Positions 1-10,275 of a DNA stretch of 64,000 nt are shown here, one piece after another. The stretch is from NCBI GenBank assembly GCA_963716725.1, contig CAVQUB010000011.1:64001-128000 (forward strand), read 5' to 3'. The number at the start of each line of letters is the position of its first letter. The first letter of the stretch is position 1. The notes under the pieces were generated by a model that worked only from the letters and a program-made list of their open reading frames with translations, made no database searches and was not told the origin of the DNA. Origin of the DNA: an uncultured delta proteobacterium (lineage in GTDB: Bacteria > Myxococcota_A > Polyangia > Polyangiales > Polyangiaceae). The position numbers and the translations under genes were made by a program.

Positions 1-1
1 T

Positions 2-607
2 CGACAGTGGCTGCACCGGGCCACCGGCGCCGGAAGCCCGGCGGCGCGCGCGATTGCGTTGCCCGATCTGCCCGGGTGGCAGCTCGAGTCGGGCATCGAA
101 GCGAAGGCGGTGAGCGAGCCGGGGCGCGTCCCGAACGCCTACCTCGATCTCGAAGCGGCGCGTCGCGCCTGCGAGAGCGCGGGCAAGTATCTCTGCAAGA
201 AGCGCCAGTGGCTCATGGCCTGCCGCTCCGAACGCGGGACTCGACAGCCCTACGGCGAAGACTTCGACCCCGCCCGCTGCAACCTGGCGGCGCCCATCCA
301 CCCCGGTGTCGTCTTGCACGGCAAGGCGGCGCTCGACGGGCGCGACCCCCGACTGAACCTGGTCGAGCACGCCGGCCGCGCGATGCTGCGCCCGACCGGC
401 ACGCTGCTGGGCTGCGCCAGCGCTTGGGAGGGCGACGCCGTCTGGGACATGGCCGGCAATCTCGACGAATGGATCGATGATCCGGCCGGCACCTTCGTCG
501 GCGGATTCTACGCGCGCGAAACCCACTGGGGGTGTGACGCGCGCGTCGAGATCCACTCCGCTGACTATTACGACTACAGCTTGGGCGCACGCTGCTGCAG
601 GGACTAG
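2..607 (+). CDS. Formylglycine-generating enzyme (SUMF1/FGE-sulfatase)-like domain protein, 5'-truncated by the window edge
   Basis: Frame is open from base 2. It carries [14 protein letters not shown]...W..AC, PYG....[14 protein letters not shown] and a terminal YSLGARCC, typical of FGE-like domains. Confidence 0.75.
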   Translation, partial: RQWLHRATGAGSPAARAIALPDLPGWQLESGIEAKAVSEPGRVPNAYLDLEAARRACESAGKYLCKKRQWLMACRSERGTRQPYGEDFDPARCNLAAPIHPGVVLHGKAALDGRDPRLNLVEHAGRAMLRPTGTLLGCASAWEGDAVWDMAGNLDEWIDDPAGTFVGGFYARETHWGCDARVEIHSADYYDYSLGARCCRD

Positions 608-1812
608 CGCTTCGCGCGGTCCCGCAGGGCGTCGAGGCGAAGGCGGAGGCCCGTCAGGCGGATGAAACCCGTGGCGTCCCGCTGGTCGTAGACGTCGTCG
701 CGCTCGAAGGTGACGAAGTCTTCACGGTACAGCGTGTAGGGGCTCTTGCGTCCGACCACGGTGACGTTGCCCTTGTAGAGCTTCAGCCGGACCGTGCCCG
801 TGACGACCTCTTGGATCGAGTCAAACATGCCTTGCAGCATGATGCGCTCGGGGGCGAACCAGAAGCCGCGGTAGACCAGCGTCGAGTACTCGGGGATCAA
901 CGAGTCACGGATCCGGATCTGCTCGCGGTCGAGGGTGATGGACTCCATGGCGCGGTGGGCCCGGTGCAGCACCGTTCCGCCTGGGGTCTCGTAGACTCCG
1001 CGGCTCTTCATGCCAACGTAGCGGCTCTCGCACAGGTCGATTCGACCGACGCCGTGGCGGCCGGCGATCTCGTTCATGCGTCCGAGCAACATGGCCGGGC
1101 CGTAGGCCTGACCGTTGATGCTCACCGGGTTGCCATTTTCGAAGCCGATCTCGAGGTACTCGGGCTCGTTGGGCGCGTCCATCGGATCGCGGGTGAGCAG
1201 GAACATGTCCTTTGGGGGCTCGTTCCAGGGATCTTCGAGCACGCCTCCTTCGAAGGAGAGGTGCAAGAGATTGCGATCCATCGAGTAGGGCTTCTCGGCG
1301 CTGACCGTGATGGGGATGCCGTGCTTCTTGGCGTACTCGATGCAGTCGGTGCGGCTCCTGAGCGACCACTCGCGCCAAGGCGCGATGACCTGCACCTCGG
1401 GATCGAAGAACATCGCACCGAGCTCGAAGCGCACCTGGTCGTTGCCCTTTCCGGTGGCGCCGTGGGAGATGGCATCGGCGCCGGTCTCCTTCACCGTCTT
1501 CATCATGCCTTCGATGATGCAGGGGCGCGCCAGCGAGGTCCCGAGCAGGTACTCGCCCTCGTAGATAGCGTTGGCGCGGAGCGCCGGAAACACGAAGTCG
1601 CGCACGAAAGCCTCGCGCAGATCCATCTGCACGTAGTGCGCGGCGCCGGTGTCCTTGGCCTTCTTCTCGAGACCCGAGAGTTCTTCTGCCTGACCCACGT
1701 CGGCGCACCAGGCGACGACCTCGCACTTGTGCGTTTCGATGAGCCAGCGCAGGATCACGCTCGTATCCAGACCCCCCGAGTACGCGAGCACGACTTTCTT
1801 GACGGGTTTCAC
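604..1812 (-). CDS. argG: Argininosuccinate synthase
   Basis: [46 protein letters not shown] motifs; 402 aa. Confidence 0.98.
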   Translation of the reverse strand: MKPVKKVVLAYSGGLDTSVILRWLIETHKCEVVAWCADVGQAEELSGLEKKAKDTGAAHYVQMDLREAFVRDFVFPALRANAIYEGEYLLGTSLARPCIIEGMMKTVKETGADAISHGATGKGNDQVRFELGAMFFDPEVQVIAPWREWSLRSRTDCIEYAKKHGIPITVSAEKPYSMDRNLLHLSFEGGVLEDPWNEPPKDMFLLTRDPMDAPNEPEYLEIGFENGNPVSINGQAYGPAMLLGRMNEIAGRHGVGRIDLCESRYVGMKSRGVYETPGGTVLHRAHRAMESITLDREQIRIRDSLIPEYSTLVYRGFWFAPERIMLQGMFDSIQEVVTGTVRLKLYKGNVTVVGRKSPYTLYREDFVTFERDDVYDQRDATGFIRLTGLRLRLDALRDRAKR

Positions 1813-2615
1813 GACAGTTCCTTCTCCGGGTTCTCGAGCACTTCCTTGAAGCGCTTCGCCATGCGGCCGGCCTGATAGCCGTCCGCGACCCGGTGGTCAA
1901 ACGATGCCCCGATGCTCAGCATCGGTCGCACCTCGACGCGGCCGTCCACCGCGGCCGGCGCGTCCCGCACCGCCCCCACGGTCAGGCAAATCGGGGTGCG
2001 CGAGGGCGGAAAGAGCGGTGCCTGCCCCACGGTGAGCCCGAAGCCCGCGACGCTCGTGACCATCGCCGACCCGAAGGCGTCGTAAGGCACCCCGAGCCTG
2101 GCCAGGTCGAGATCGAAGTCGTAGGTCAGACGCTCCCCGAGCTGCATGGCGACCTTGACCAAGAGCGGCGGGAGCCGAGCCATTCTCCGGGCGGTCTCCT
2201 GCGTCGGGTGGTCCTTCGCGACGCGGATGCGCGACGCGCACGCCGCGAGCTCCGCGGCGATCTCGACCACGCTCTTCGCGTCGACCTGGCTCACCTTCGC
2301 GCCCGCAAGGTTCTCTCCGCCGTCGAACGCGACTTGGAAGAAGATGTCCACGCTGTCGCGGACGTAGATGCGCCCGCGACGGATGATGGCGTTGACCTCG
2401 GGGCGAGCGGCGATGGCCACCGCTGCGGCCTTGCCCACCAGGTGCGTGAGGGTGATCTTCGCCCCGGTTTCGGCGCGAACCTTCTCGATGAAGGCGAGGG
2501 AGTTGGTCGCGTCCACATCGATGACGCCATACACCGTGGGATCGCGAGGCGCGTCCCAGGCGTGCACGGCCATGGCGCGCCACGCGGGCACGTTCTCGAG
2601 TCGGCGGAAGCTCAC
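1809..2615 (-). CDS. 2-oxoacid dehydrogenase E2-type acyltransferase, catalytic domain only
   Basis: C-terminal SFDHRVADG (HxxxDG) motif; [12 protein letters not shown]...PEVNA; no lipoyl or E3-binding domain; 268 aa. Confidence 0.85.
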   Translation of the reverse strand: MSFRRLENVPAWRAMAVHAWDAPRDPTVYGVIDVDATNSLAFIEKVRAETGAKITLTHLVGKAAAVAIAARPEVNAIIRRGRIYVRDSVDIFFQVAFDGGENLAGAKVSQVDAKSVVEIAAELAACASRIRVAKDHPTQETARRMARLPPLLVKVAMQLGERLTYDFDLDLARLGVPYDAFGSAMVTSVAGFGLTVGQAPLFPPSRTPICLTVGAVRDAPAAVDGRVEVRPMLSIGASFDHRVADGYQAGRMAKRFKEVLENPEKELS

Positions 2616-3160
2616 GGCGACGAAGGAGAACCGCGCCCGGACCCGAGCGCAAGTGCTCGCTCGATCTCCCGGGCCTCCGCCACCCCGGTGCGCCGCCAGA
2701 TCTCCCTGCCGGAACGATCCAGCACCACCAGCGTGGGCACCTGAGCCACGGTTCCGAAGGGGCCGCCGCCCGACAGGGTCAGGGAGTCGGCCATCGCCAC
2801 TGGGTACGACAATGACAGCGTCGACCGATACGCCGCCGCGAGCTGTGCGTACTTCGGGGCCTCGAGCACGACGGCGCCGCCGTTCGCTCGAGGCACGTGG
2901 GTGCGCAAGACCGCTTCGAGGCGCTGCGCTACGAGCTGAGAGACAATGTCGTAGGTGGTGACGAACAGGATGGCCGTGGCCCGGCCGCGCGTGGTCTCAC
3001 TCGACAGCTCACTCCCATCGGTGGTGCCAAACGCAAACACCACGGGCACGGAGCCCACTTCGCGCTCGGCCCGAAGCGGCTCCGCGGTGGGGCGACAGGC
3101 TCCCGACGCCGCCAGGACCAAGATGCCAACGCAGGAAAACACCCTATGATATCGCGACAT
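2612..3160 (-). CDS. Thioredoxin-fold (TlpA/AhpC-like) lipoprotein lacking CxxC
   Basis: Signal peptide with ASGAC lipobox; DGSELSS...RGRATAILF; QVPTLVVLDRSG cis-Pro segment; TTYDIVS at the usual WCxxC position. Confidence 0.7.
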   Translation of the reverse strand: MSRYHRVFSCVGILVLAASGACRPTAEPLRAEREVGSVPVVFAFGTTDGSELSSETTRGRATAILFVTTYDIVSQLVAQRLEAVLRTHVPRANGGAVVLEAPKYAQLAAAYRSTLSLSYPVAMADSLTLSGGGPFGTVAQVPTLVVLDRSGREIWRRTGVAEAREIERALALGSGRGSPSSP

Positions 3161-3873
3161 CAGAGCGACGAAGCCGCCGGGCCGTTGCTGTACTCCGGGT
3201 CGAACAGATCGGCGAACATCAACAAGCCCTCCGGGTACTCGCGTCCGCAGCGGCGGTGGGCCAGGACGACCAAGGCGAGCTCGTCCACCAGCGGGCTGAG
3301 GGCGGTCCCCTCGAGCCGAACCCCAAACAGCTCGTCGCCTGGTCCCGGAGCAGCGTCACCCTGCACGATCGGATCGTGCCGCACCCAATCGAAGCCCTCA
3401 CCGAGCCGATACCCGCACGCGAGCACTTGGACGAACTGGAGATACAAGGGCGAGACGATGGTCGCGATGCGGCTGCCGTCGCTTGCCACCCCCGAGAGCG
3501 CACGCAGCTTGGAGCCAGGCGTGACCTGCTCGTCGATGGCGCCGATGGCAGCGGTGATACGCGCGCGCCGCCCAGGATCGGACTCGACGGACAAGAGCGG
3601 CGCGTACATCGCGATGCGCGGCACGCGGACCCGGTCTGCGTCTTGCTCGAGGGCGCTCATCCAGAGGTCGCGGGCGCCCGAATCGAGGGCCTTGTAAGCC
3701 ATGGCGGCAGCCAACGCCGCCTCGGCATCGGTCGCGAGCGCGTCCAGCCACTCGCACCACGCAGCGACCACGCGAGGCTCGACGCCCGCGGCGACCGCGC
3801 TGGGCAGCGCAGACTCGCCGTCAGCACCGCTCGGCGTCGGTTGCGTTCGCCGCAACGGCGGCACTTCGGTCAT
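3160..3873 (-). CDS. Hypothetical protein
   Basis: 237-aa ORF with protein-like composition; its stop overlaps the next start codon; TAGGGT lies 9 nt upstream of the ATG. Confidence 0.75.
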   Translation of the reverse strand: MTEVPPLRRTQPTPSGADGESALPSAVAAGVEPRVVAAWCEWLDALATDAEAALAAAMAYKALDSGARDLWMSALEQDADRVRVPRIAMYAPLLSVESDPGRRARITAAIGAIDEQVTPGSKLRALSGVASDGSRIATIVSPLYLQFVQVLACGYRLGEGFDWVRHDPIVQGDAAPGPGDELFGVRLEGTALSPLVDELALVVLAHRRCGREYPEGLLMFADLFDPEYSNGPAASSL

Positions 3874-3960
3874 CGCAATTTGACCCTAGAGGATCGAGAA
3901 CGGGCTCGCAACCGTGTTCGGACGTTCGCCAAACGTCCAACGAGTCCGGCGCCTTCGCCG

Positions 3961-4191
3961 TCACGCCTCGATGATCGCTCCGATTTCGCTGACGAGATCC
4001 GCGAGCAGCTCGTCGAGCTCGTGCTCCCGACTCGGGTGCGTGATAACCAGCAAGTCGCCGCCGTGCTCTGCGAAGAGTCCGCCGAGCCCCTCGCTCGCCT
4101 CGAAGATGCCCTTCACATACACGACGTCGCGAGCACGCACCCGCAGGCTCCGCTGGATCAGGTCATCGTCGACGAGCGGTGCAACTGGCAC
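3961..4191 (-). CDS. Small DUF4911-like protein
   Basis: RVRARDVVYVKGIFEASEGLG resembles DUF4911. I chose the GTG at 4191 because TATGCT lies 6 nt upstream; the longer ORF to 4503 overlaps the divergent gene. Confidence 0.65.
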   Translation of the reverse strand: MPVAPLVDDDLIQRSLRVRARDVVYVKGIFEASEGLGGLFAEHGGDLLVITHPSREHELDELLADLVSEIGAIIEA

Positions 4192-4281
4192 ACGGCGAGC
4201 ATAGAGCCGAGTGCTGACGGGTGGGGCTTTTTCCACTAGGGTCCCCGAGCACGCCGCATGTTTCACCACCGCCAAGTCCGC

Positions 4282-5733
4282 ATGTCCGAAGTCGACCCGC
4301 AGGACGACGGCGACGAACTCGAAGCTCTGCCTCCCATCGATCCGGCACCGGACGAGGAGCACGAGGGGCCCGACGACGACGAACTCACGCCGCTGCTCTC
4401 TTCCCTCGAAGAGGCCGTGGATCTCGACGAAGACTGCATGGACCCGGAGGTGGACCTGGGCTTGGAGATCCCCGAGACGCCTCACGACCCCGACGACGGC
4501 CACGAGGTCGTGCTCGACATCGGCAGCTTGCTGTCGCTGGCCGACGACGAAGTCTCGGCAGAGGACGCGGACGGTTCTGGACCCGAAGCGCTCGACCCCG
4601 CCGCCGATCTGGCCGACCTCGGCGAGCCGATCGTGGGCTCGTTGGAAGAGGGGACCGACGAGCCGCTCGAGGATCTGGTCTCCGAAGACCTTCCGGATCT
4701 CGACGCCGACGACTCCGGCGAAGCCCTGGACGAATCGTCGTGGCTCGCGACGGAATCGCTACGTGACGAGGAACTCCCGAAGCGCGCCGAGCGCCCCTGG
4801 CAAGCGGTCCACGACCATGAAGCCGCCGGCGAAGTCGAAGCCTTGGCGCTGGGCACCCGCCGGCTCTGGGCAGCGGGCCGCAAGCTGTACTCCATCGCTC
4901 GAGAAGGCGGGGGCGTGAGTGAAGAGTTGCCGGCGCGAGTGCTGCGCTTGGCTGCCCTCGGGAACGACGTGCTCGCCCTGACCATCTTCGGCAGCCTCGA
5001 GCGAGTGAGGTCGGGCGGCGGCGCGCAACGCATCGCCGGATGGAGCGAGGCGCTCGACCTGTCGACCGCCGGCGCGCCGGAGCTCGCGATCGCACCGTTG
5101 GTCGATGCTGGAGCCGACGCGTTCTTGGTCGCCGGAGGCACGCACCGTATCGCCTTCACGCGAGACGGTGGGGCGAGCTTTCAGTCAGCCGAGGTCGGCG
5201 GGCGAATCGCCGCCGTTTCCGCGGGCTGCCCGGCGCGACTCTTGGTCCACGGCACGGAAGGTTGGGCGTTGCTCGATTGGGTCGGCGATGGTTTGCGCCG
5301 GACCGATCTCGACCGCGTGGCGGAGGAGACCGCCGCGGGCGAGCATGTTGCTTTCGCCTCGATGGGCGAGATCGTGGCGCTCTGTAGCGCCGATCGGGGC
5401 CTGGTGCTCTCGGTGGACGGCGGCCGAGGCTTCTCGAGGATACCGGGCTGCCTGCAGGTCTCCGCGCTCGAGCTGGGTGTGAGAGACGGACGCCCCCGCA
5501 TCTGGCTCGCGCTGTACGTGGAGTCCCAGGAGAGGAGCTTGGTGATCGAGGTCGACGTCTCGACCCAGACCGCAGAGGTCATCGCAGAGCTGTCACCAGG
5601 GGACGACGTCGCAGTGAGCGAAGACCTCGAGGGCCGCGCCCGAGCGCTTGCCTGGGACGCCGAGGCTCGGGTGCTTTGGGCGGCTGGGGGCAGCGGGCTC
5701 TGGCGGCTCGTCCCGCCCGAGTGGACGGCCTGA
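4282..5733 (+). CDS. Hypothetical protein with a highly acidic N-terminal region and an Asp-box beta-propeller-like C-terminus
   Basis: The first ~165 aa are dominated by D/E/L/P; Asp-box-like motifs FTRDGGASF and LSVDGGRGF follow. Start may be 4258 or 4282. Confidence 0.75.
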   Translation: MSEVDPQDDGDELEALPPIDPAPDEEHEGPDDDELTPLLSSLEEAVDLDEDCMDPEVDLGLEIPETPHDPDDGHEVVLDIGSLLSLADDEVSAEDADGSGPEALDPAADLADLGEPIVGSLEEGTDEPLEDLVSEDLPDLDADDSGEALDESSWLATESLRDEELPKRAERPWQAVHDHEAAGEVEALALGTRRLWAAGRKLYSIAREGGGVSEELPARVLRLAALGNDVLALTIFGSLERVRSGGGAQRIAGWSEALDLSTAGAPELAIAPLVDAGADAFLVAGGTHRIAFTRDGGASFQSAEVGGRIAAVSAGCPARLLVHGTEGWALLDWVGDGLRRTDLDRVAEETAAGEHVAFASMGEIVALCSADRGLVLSVDGGRGFSRIPGCLQVSALELGVRDGRPRIWLALYVESQERSLVIEVDVSTQTAEVIAELSPGDDVAVSEDLEGRARALAWDAEARVLWAAGGSGLWRLVPPEWTA

Positions 5734-5793
5734 CGCGCGGCCCATAGAGGAGCAGACTTGGCCGAAATCTAGCGGCGTGATAGCGCCTCGGGC

Positions 5794-7041
5794 ATGCCCA
5801 TCGTCGTCCAGAAATACGGCGGCTCCTCGGTCGCCGACATCAGCAAGCTGCGCAAGGTCGCCGATCAGGTCGTGCGGGCTCGCGCAGCTGGCGACGACGT
5901 CGTCGTCGTCGTCAGTGCGATGGGCAAGACCACCGACAACCTCTTGGGACTGGCCCGCGAGGCAGCGCTGCCCCCGGACGCGACCATCGCCAACGGCAGC
6001 GCGGCACCCGAGCCCGCGAAGCGGGAGCTCGACATGCTGCTGTCTACCGGCGAACGCGTGAGCATGTCCATATTGTCCATCGCCATCCACGCTCGAGGTT
6101 ACGACGCGGTGAGCTTCACCGGCTCCCAATCCGGCATCATCACCAACGACCGCCACTTCGACGCGCGCATCATCGAGGTTCGACCGCATCGTATCGAGGA
6201 CGAACTCGCGCGCGGACGAATCGTGATCGTCGCCGGCTACCAGGGCATGAGCTACAAGCGCGAGATCACCACTTTGGGTCGCGGCGGCTCGGACACGACC
6301 GCCGTCGCGCTGGCCGCGGCTCTCGGCGCCGAACGCTGCGAGATCTACAGCGACGTGGACGGTGTGTACTCCGCCGACCCGCGGGTCATCCCCGACGCCC
6401 AGCATCTGCCCGAGCTCGACTACGAGACGATGCAGGAGATGGCCGAGAGCGGCGCGAAGGTACTGAACGCCCAGGCCGTCGACTGGGCGCGTCGCAACAA
6501 AGTCGCCATCTTTGCGCGCAAGACCGGCGACGTGCCAGGCCGGACCGGAGTGCGAGAGACCGTGGTCTCCGACGTTGCCAGCGCCGACGCCGCGCGCCGG
6601 GCGGTGGTCTTGCAGAAGAGCCTGGCGGTCCTATCGGCGGATCGCGGCGCCGCCGCCCGGCTCCTCGCTATCGCCGAGAGCTTCTCGCTACCGCTCGGGG
6701 ATCTCACGCTGGGCGAGCGAGACCTCAGCGCGTGGATTCCGCTGATGAACGTGCCCAACTGGGGTGAGGCCCGAGCCGCACTCGAGGGCGCCAAGCTCGA
6801 CGGCCTGCGGGTGGAGGAAGGGCAAGGTCTTCTGAGCTTGGTCGGTGTCGAGGTCGGAACGCGAGCCGACGTCATCGCCACGGCACTGGGTTGCCTCGGA
6901 AGCGAGCCGCGATTCCTGTTCAGCCACCCGCTCCGCCTGTCCTGCGTGCTGCCGGACGCGATGCTCGAGACCGCTGCGCGGACCTGGCACGACAAGCTCG
7001 GTCCGAGCGCGGCTGGCGCGGTCGGACTGATGACGGCCTGA
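5794..7041 (+). CDS. lysC: Aspartate kinase
   Basis: [47 protein letters not shown]. Confidence 0.93.
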   Translation: MPIVVQKYGGSSVADISKLRKVADQVVRARAAGDDVVVVVSAMGKTTDNLLGLAREAALPPDATIANGSAAPEPAKRELDMLLSTGERVSMSILSIAIHARGYDAVSFTGSQSGIITNDRHFDARIIEVRPHRIEDELARGRIVIVAGYQGMSYKREITTLGRGGSDTTAVALAAALGAERCEIYSDVDGVYSADPRVIPDAQHLPELDYETMQEMAESGAKVLNAQAVDWARRNKVAIFARKTGDVPGRTGVRETVVSDVASADAARRAVVLQKSLAVLSADRGAAARLLAIAESFSLPLGDLTLGERDLSAWIPLMNVPNWGEARAALEGAKLDGLRVEEGQGLLSLVGVEVGTRADVIATALGCLGSEPRFLFSHPLRLSCVLPDAMLETAARTWHDKLGPSAAGAVGLMTA

Positions 7042-7054
7042 GCTCCGCGCGCCG

Positions 7055-9346
7055 TTAGCTCTCCGAGAACTCCGCCAGACGTGCGTGGTAGAGCGTGGCC
7101 TCGCTCAGGCGGCCGGCACGGGTCGCACGAGCAACCAGGCGAGTGAGCACCTGGGCAAGGCGCGCGCGCACATCGTCGCGTCGCCGCTCGGTCACCTCTT
7201 CGAGCCGCGCCGACAGCAAGGCAAATAGCGCTTCGTCCCGCTGCAAGCGAAAGAGCACATCGGCCAGCTCGAGGGCCAGGACCTCGTCGCCCGGGTTGGC
7301 GAGCACCGCCGCCTCGAGGCGCGAGCACAGCTCGACGTCGCGGGAGTCGCTCGCGCCCTCGGCCTCGTCGTCGGAGCCCTGCGGCGCGAAGGTGTCGGAG
7401 GCCGGCTGCTCGCTCAGATGCTCGGCCGCCGGCGGCGGAATGGTGTCCCGGGCGGCCGGAGCCTCACGCTCCGGGGAGAAGCGATCGCGATCGCGCCGCA
7501 CTCGCGCTGCCACGACTGCGGCCACCTCGCGATAGCGTGACGCCAACTGCTTGTCCCGAGGCGAAATGCGGATCGCCACCGCCAGGTGTCGCTCGGCTGC
7601 CAGCGCGTCGCCTTGCACTTCGCGCTCGAAGCGCGCGGCCTGCACCAGCCACTCGACCGCGCCTTCCGGAGCCTCCTCGGCGAGCTCGATCCGATCGCGC
7701 AGACGCGCCCACGCCAGCGAAGCACCAGCGGCGTCGCCGAGCAGCGCCCGCCACCCGGCTTCGAGCGCCGCCGCCTCGATGGCCCGCGGCGATCCACTCG
7801 GCACCTGACGCACCCGGGCGATGGCCTGTGGCAGGTCTTCCAGGTCAGTGGCCAAGAGCCGCGCCATGTCCACGAGCGCGTCGGAGTCCGCTGTCCCGCT
7901 GCGCTCCGAGAGCGCGACGGCTCTGGCAAGCAGCGAAAACGCCCGTTGGCTCTTGCCGGCTTCCATCAAGGAGCGAGCCAGCCCTGCCGTCGCCACCGGA
8001 TCGTCGGGCACGTAGCGCAACGCCCGTTCGAATGACCGTCCCGCCTCGCTCACGAATCCGCGCTCGAGCAACATGCGCGCGGCGCGCGAGCACGCCACGT
8101 GGCGTGCCGCGGCGCCCAAGGCCGCCGCCTCCAGGTGCTCGGTGTCAGCGCGGGCGCCGCTGACGTCGCCGACCTCGATGCGTGCGGCGAGTCGCGCCCA
8201 GCGAACGCGAGCGAGGCCCGGCGCCGCGGCCACCCCTCGGTCGAGCGCCGTCATCCGCTCGCCGGCGTTCGTGGCGAGCTCACTGAGGCGCTGCCAATAC
8301 AGCGCGCAAAGCGGCGCAAACGGCTCACCTTGCACCAGGTGGGCGATGGCCTCGGCCGCCCCTTGGAGATCGCCCGTGCGGGCCAAGAGTTCGGCCCCAA
8401 TCCAGCCGGAACGCGACGCCGGAAGGGTTTCGACGATGAGGCCCAGCGCGGCTTCCGCGCGGCCGCCGGCGAACAAGTCGATCTCCCCGATCAGCTGGGT
8501 GAGATCCTGGTGCCTCGGCGCATGTTCGAGCGCAGCCAGGTAGCCTGCGCGCGCACGCTCGAGGTCTCCAGCCGCGAGCGCCTCGTCCGCCTCGGCGGTG
8601 AGCGCGGCCAACTCTAGCGCGCGCGCCGCCGTCGCGTGCAGCATGGGCGGTTCGAAGGTCGAGTCGAGCGCCACCCGGATCTCGTCGCCGCGCGTCTCGA
8701 GCTCTCCGAAGCGCACGCGCCCCGTCGCGGGCGCGCGGGCGCCCACCGCCGGCAGTACGGCTCGAGTGAGGCGCTGGGCCGCCGCCTCGAGCGTGAGGAC
8801 GCGTCCCCTCCGCTGGCCGACGCCCGCGAAGAGGGTATCGACGGCGTGAATCGCGTGTCCAAGCGCCGGCGCGTCGAGGGCGCCGCCGCGGACGTGGCTC
8901 AAGACAAAACGACCGTCACCATGAAGCGGGGCCCACAAGAGATCGAAGGCCAGGGCGCCCCGCGCCCCCAGGAGCCCGATCGCGACTCCCTGCGGCACCG
9001 CCCAGACCACGGGAGCGCGCTCGAGCGCGCCCACGACGTCGCGAAGCCGCGGCGTCAACCACGACGACAGGCCGGAAAAGCTCGCGGCGAGCTCGAGTCG
9101 CTCCAGATCGCCCCGGCGGTGTCGGAACAGCGGCACACCGCCTGACAAATCCACCGGAAATCGGAGGCCGGGAAAGGTCGCCTCGAGCTCGACGAGTTCC
9201 AGCGGTCCCACCTCGATGGGTTCGTAGAGCTCGATACCGAGCGCGCCGCGGGTCGCCGTCAGGCGGAGCGGCACCCTACTGTCGCCGAGCTCCTCGAGCA
9301 TCGGCCCGCTCGGAGCTCCGGGTGAGCGCTCGGACTGAGAGGCCAC
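7055..9346 (-). CDS. Large TPR-like helical repeat protein
   Basis: 763-aa Ala/Leu/Arg-rich ORF with TPR-like segments (AGRSFERALRYVPDDPVATAGLAR; ARAGYLAALEHAPRH). Confidence 0.75.
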   Translation of the reverse strand: MASQSERSPGAPSGPMLEELGDSRVPLRLTATRGALGIELYEPIEVGPLELVELEATFPGLRFPVDLSGGVPLFRHRRGDLERLELAASFSGLSSWLTPRLRDVVGALERAPVVWAVPQGVAIGLLGARGALAFDLLWAPLHGDGRFVLSHVRGGALDAPALGHAIHAVDTLFAGVGQRRGRVLTLEAAAQRLTRAVLPAVGARAPATGRVRFGELETRGDEIRVALDSTFEPPMLHATAARALELAALTAEADEALAAGDLERARAGYLAALEHAPRHQDLTQLIGEIDLFAGGRAEAALGLIVETLPASRSGWIGAELLARTGDLQGAAEAIAHLVQGEPFAPLCALYWQRLSELATNAGERMTALDRGVAAAPGLARVRWARLAARIEVGDVSGARADTEHLEAAALGAAARHVACSRAARMLLERGFVSEAGRSFERALRYVPDDPVATAGLARSLMEAGKSQRAFSLLARAVALSERSGTADSDALVDMARLLATDLEDLPQAIARVRQVPSGSPRAIEAAALEAGWRALLGDAAGASLAWARLRDRIELAEEAPEGAVEWLVQAARFEREVQGDALAAERHLAVAIRISPRDKQLASRYREVAAVVAARVRRDRDRFSPEREAPAARDTIPPPAAEHLSEQPASDTFAPQGSDDEAEGASDSRDVELCSRLEAAVLANPGDEVLALELADVLFRLQRDEALFALLSARLEEVTERRRDDVRARLAQVLTRLVARATRAGRLSEATLYHARLAEFSES

Positions 9347-9431
9347 GTCAGCCCAAGCGTACCAGGTCGCGCGGAGCGGGGGTATTCGGCGGCCGACACG
9401 GCTCCGGCCCGCTTATCGAAGCGGGCTGAGT

Positions 9432-9464
9432 GAAGACAAAACGCGGGCCGATTCGGGCCCGCGT
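9432..9464 (-). terminator. Probable intrinsic terminator downstream of the MlaC-like gene
   Basis: Perfect 9-bp stem ACGCGGGCC/GGCCCGCGT (9441-9464) running into a T-rich tract (TTTGTCTT) on the minus strand. A second 8-bp hairpin GCCCGCTT-ATCG-AAGCGGGC lies at 9407-9426. Confidence 0.7.
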
Positions 9465-9487
9465 CTGGATTTCCGACCGCAGAGGGC

Positions 9488-10087
9488 TCAGGCGCCGTCT
9501 TTGTCCGCCTTCTTCTTCATGCGGCGCATCAGCTCGGCGAAGCCGTTCTTCTTGATCACGCGACCGAACTGGCTGCGGTAGTTGCCGACCATGCTCGACC
9601 CCTCGGTCAGGATGTTGCCCACGACCCAGCGGCCGTCGAGCTTGTGCATGGCGTAGTCGACGTGGACCGGCTCCTCGCGCGCGTTGGTCTTGCTTCTGGC
9701 CACGGTCCTGACCAACACGCCCTTCTTGGCTTCGGTGGTGCCGTCGTAGGTCACGTCGTAGTCGAGCGTCTTCTTCAGGTTCTTCCGGTAGGCGTTCTTC
9801 ACCAGCCGCTTGAGCATGTCCTGGAACTCTTTGCGCTCGGCTTCGCTGAGATCGTCCCAGTGCTTTCCCAGCGAGTCCTTCGCGAGCGCGTTGTAGTCGA
9901 GCAGATCGTCGAAGATTTGGTCCATCTTCTTCGCGTCGGACGCCTTGCCCTTCTTGAGCTGCGCCGTGAGCTCGGTCTGCTTGGCCTTGAGCCTCCCGTC
10001 CGCTCCTTCGGACGCAAATGCGGGTCCGGCGAAGGCAAGTAGCAACGACAGCACCATGAGAAACGGGATCCAGCGACGACGTGACAT
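9488..10087 (-). CDS. MlaC/Ttg2D-family periplasmic phospholipid-binding protein
   Basis: Signal peptide ending AFA; LDYNALAKDSLGKHWDDLSEAERKEF; VDYAM...W...I.TEGSSMVGNYRSQF. The ATG at 10087 has AAGGAA upstream and lies downstream of the sigma54 promoter. Confidence 0.88.
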   Translation of the reverse strand: MSRRRWIPFLMVLSLLLAFAGPAFASEGADGRLKAKQTELTAQLKKGKASDAKKMDQIFDDLLDYNALAKDSLGKHWDDLSEAERKEFQDMLKRLVKNAYRKNLKKTLDYDVTYDGTTEAKKGVLVRTVARSKTNAREEPVHVDYAMHKLDGRWVVGNILTEGSSMVGNYRSQFGRVIKKNGFAELMRRMKKKADKDGA

Positions 10088-10125
10088 GACTCGGTGTTCC
10101 TTTATTTGGGTCTCCACATCGTTTT

Positions 10126-10144
10126 ACGCAACTCGGGTGCCAAA
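10126..10144 (-). promoter_or_regulatory. Sigma54 (-24/-12) promoter
   Basis: Minus strand reads TTTGGCACCCGAGTTGCGT, matching TGGCAC-N5-TTGC with exact GG-N10-GC spacing, about 40 nt before the ATG at 10087. Confidence 0.8.
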
Positions 10145-10275
10145 GCTTCACTCTCGAGGAGCATCACGCATAAATTCCGCGGTTTCGTCGGATCCGGCGC
10201 CGGCTCCAGGACCCGGCGCCCAGGCTCCGAGGCCGGAGACCCTGATCCGTGAGCCAGGGGCACACCCACCGACGT

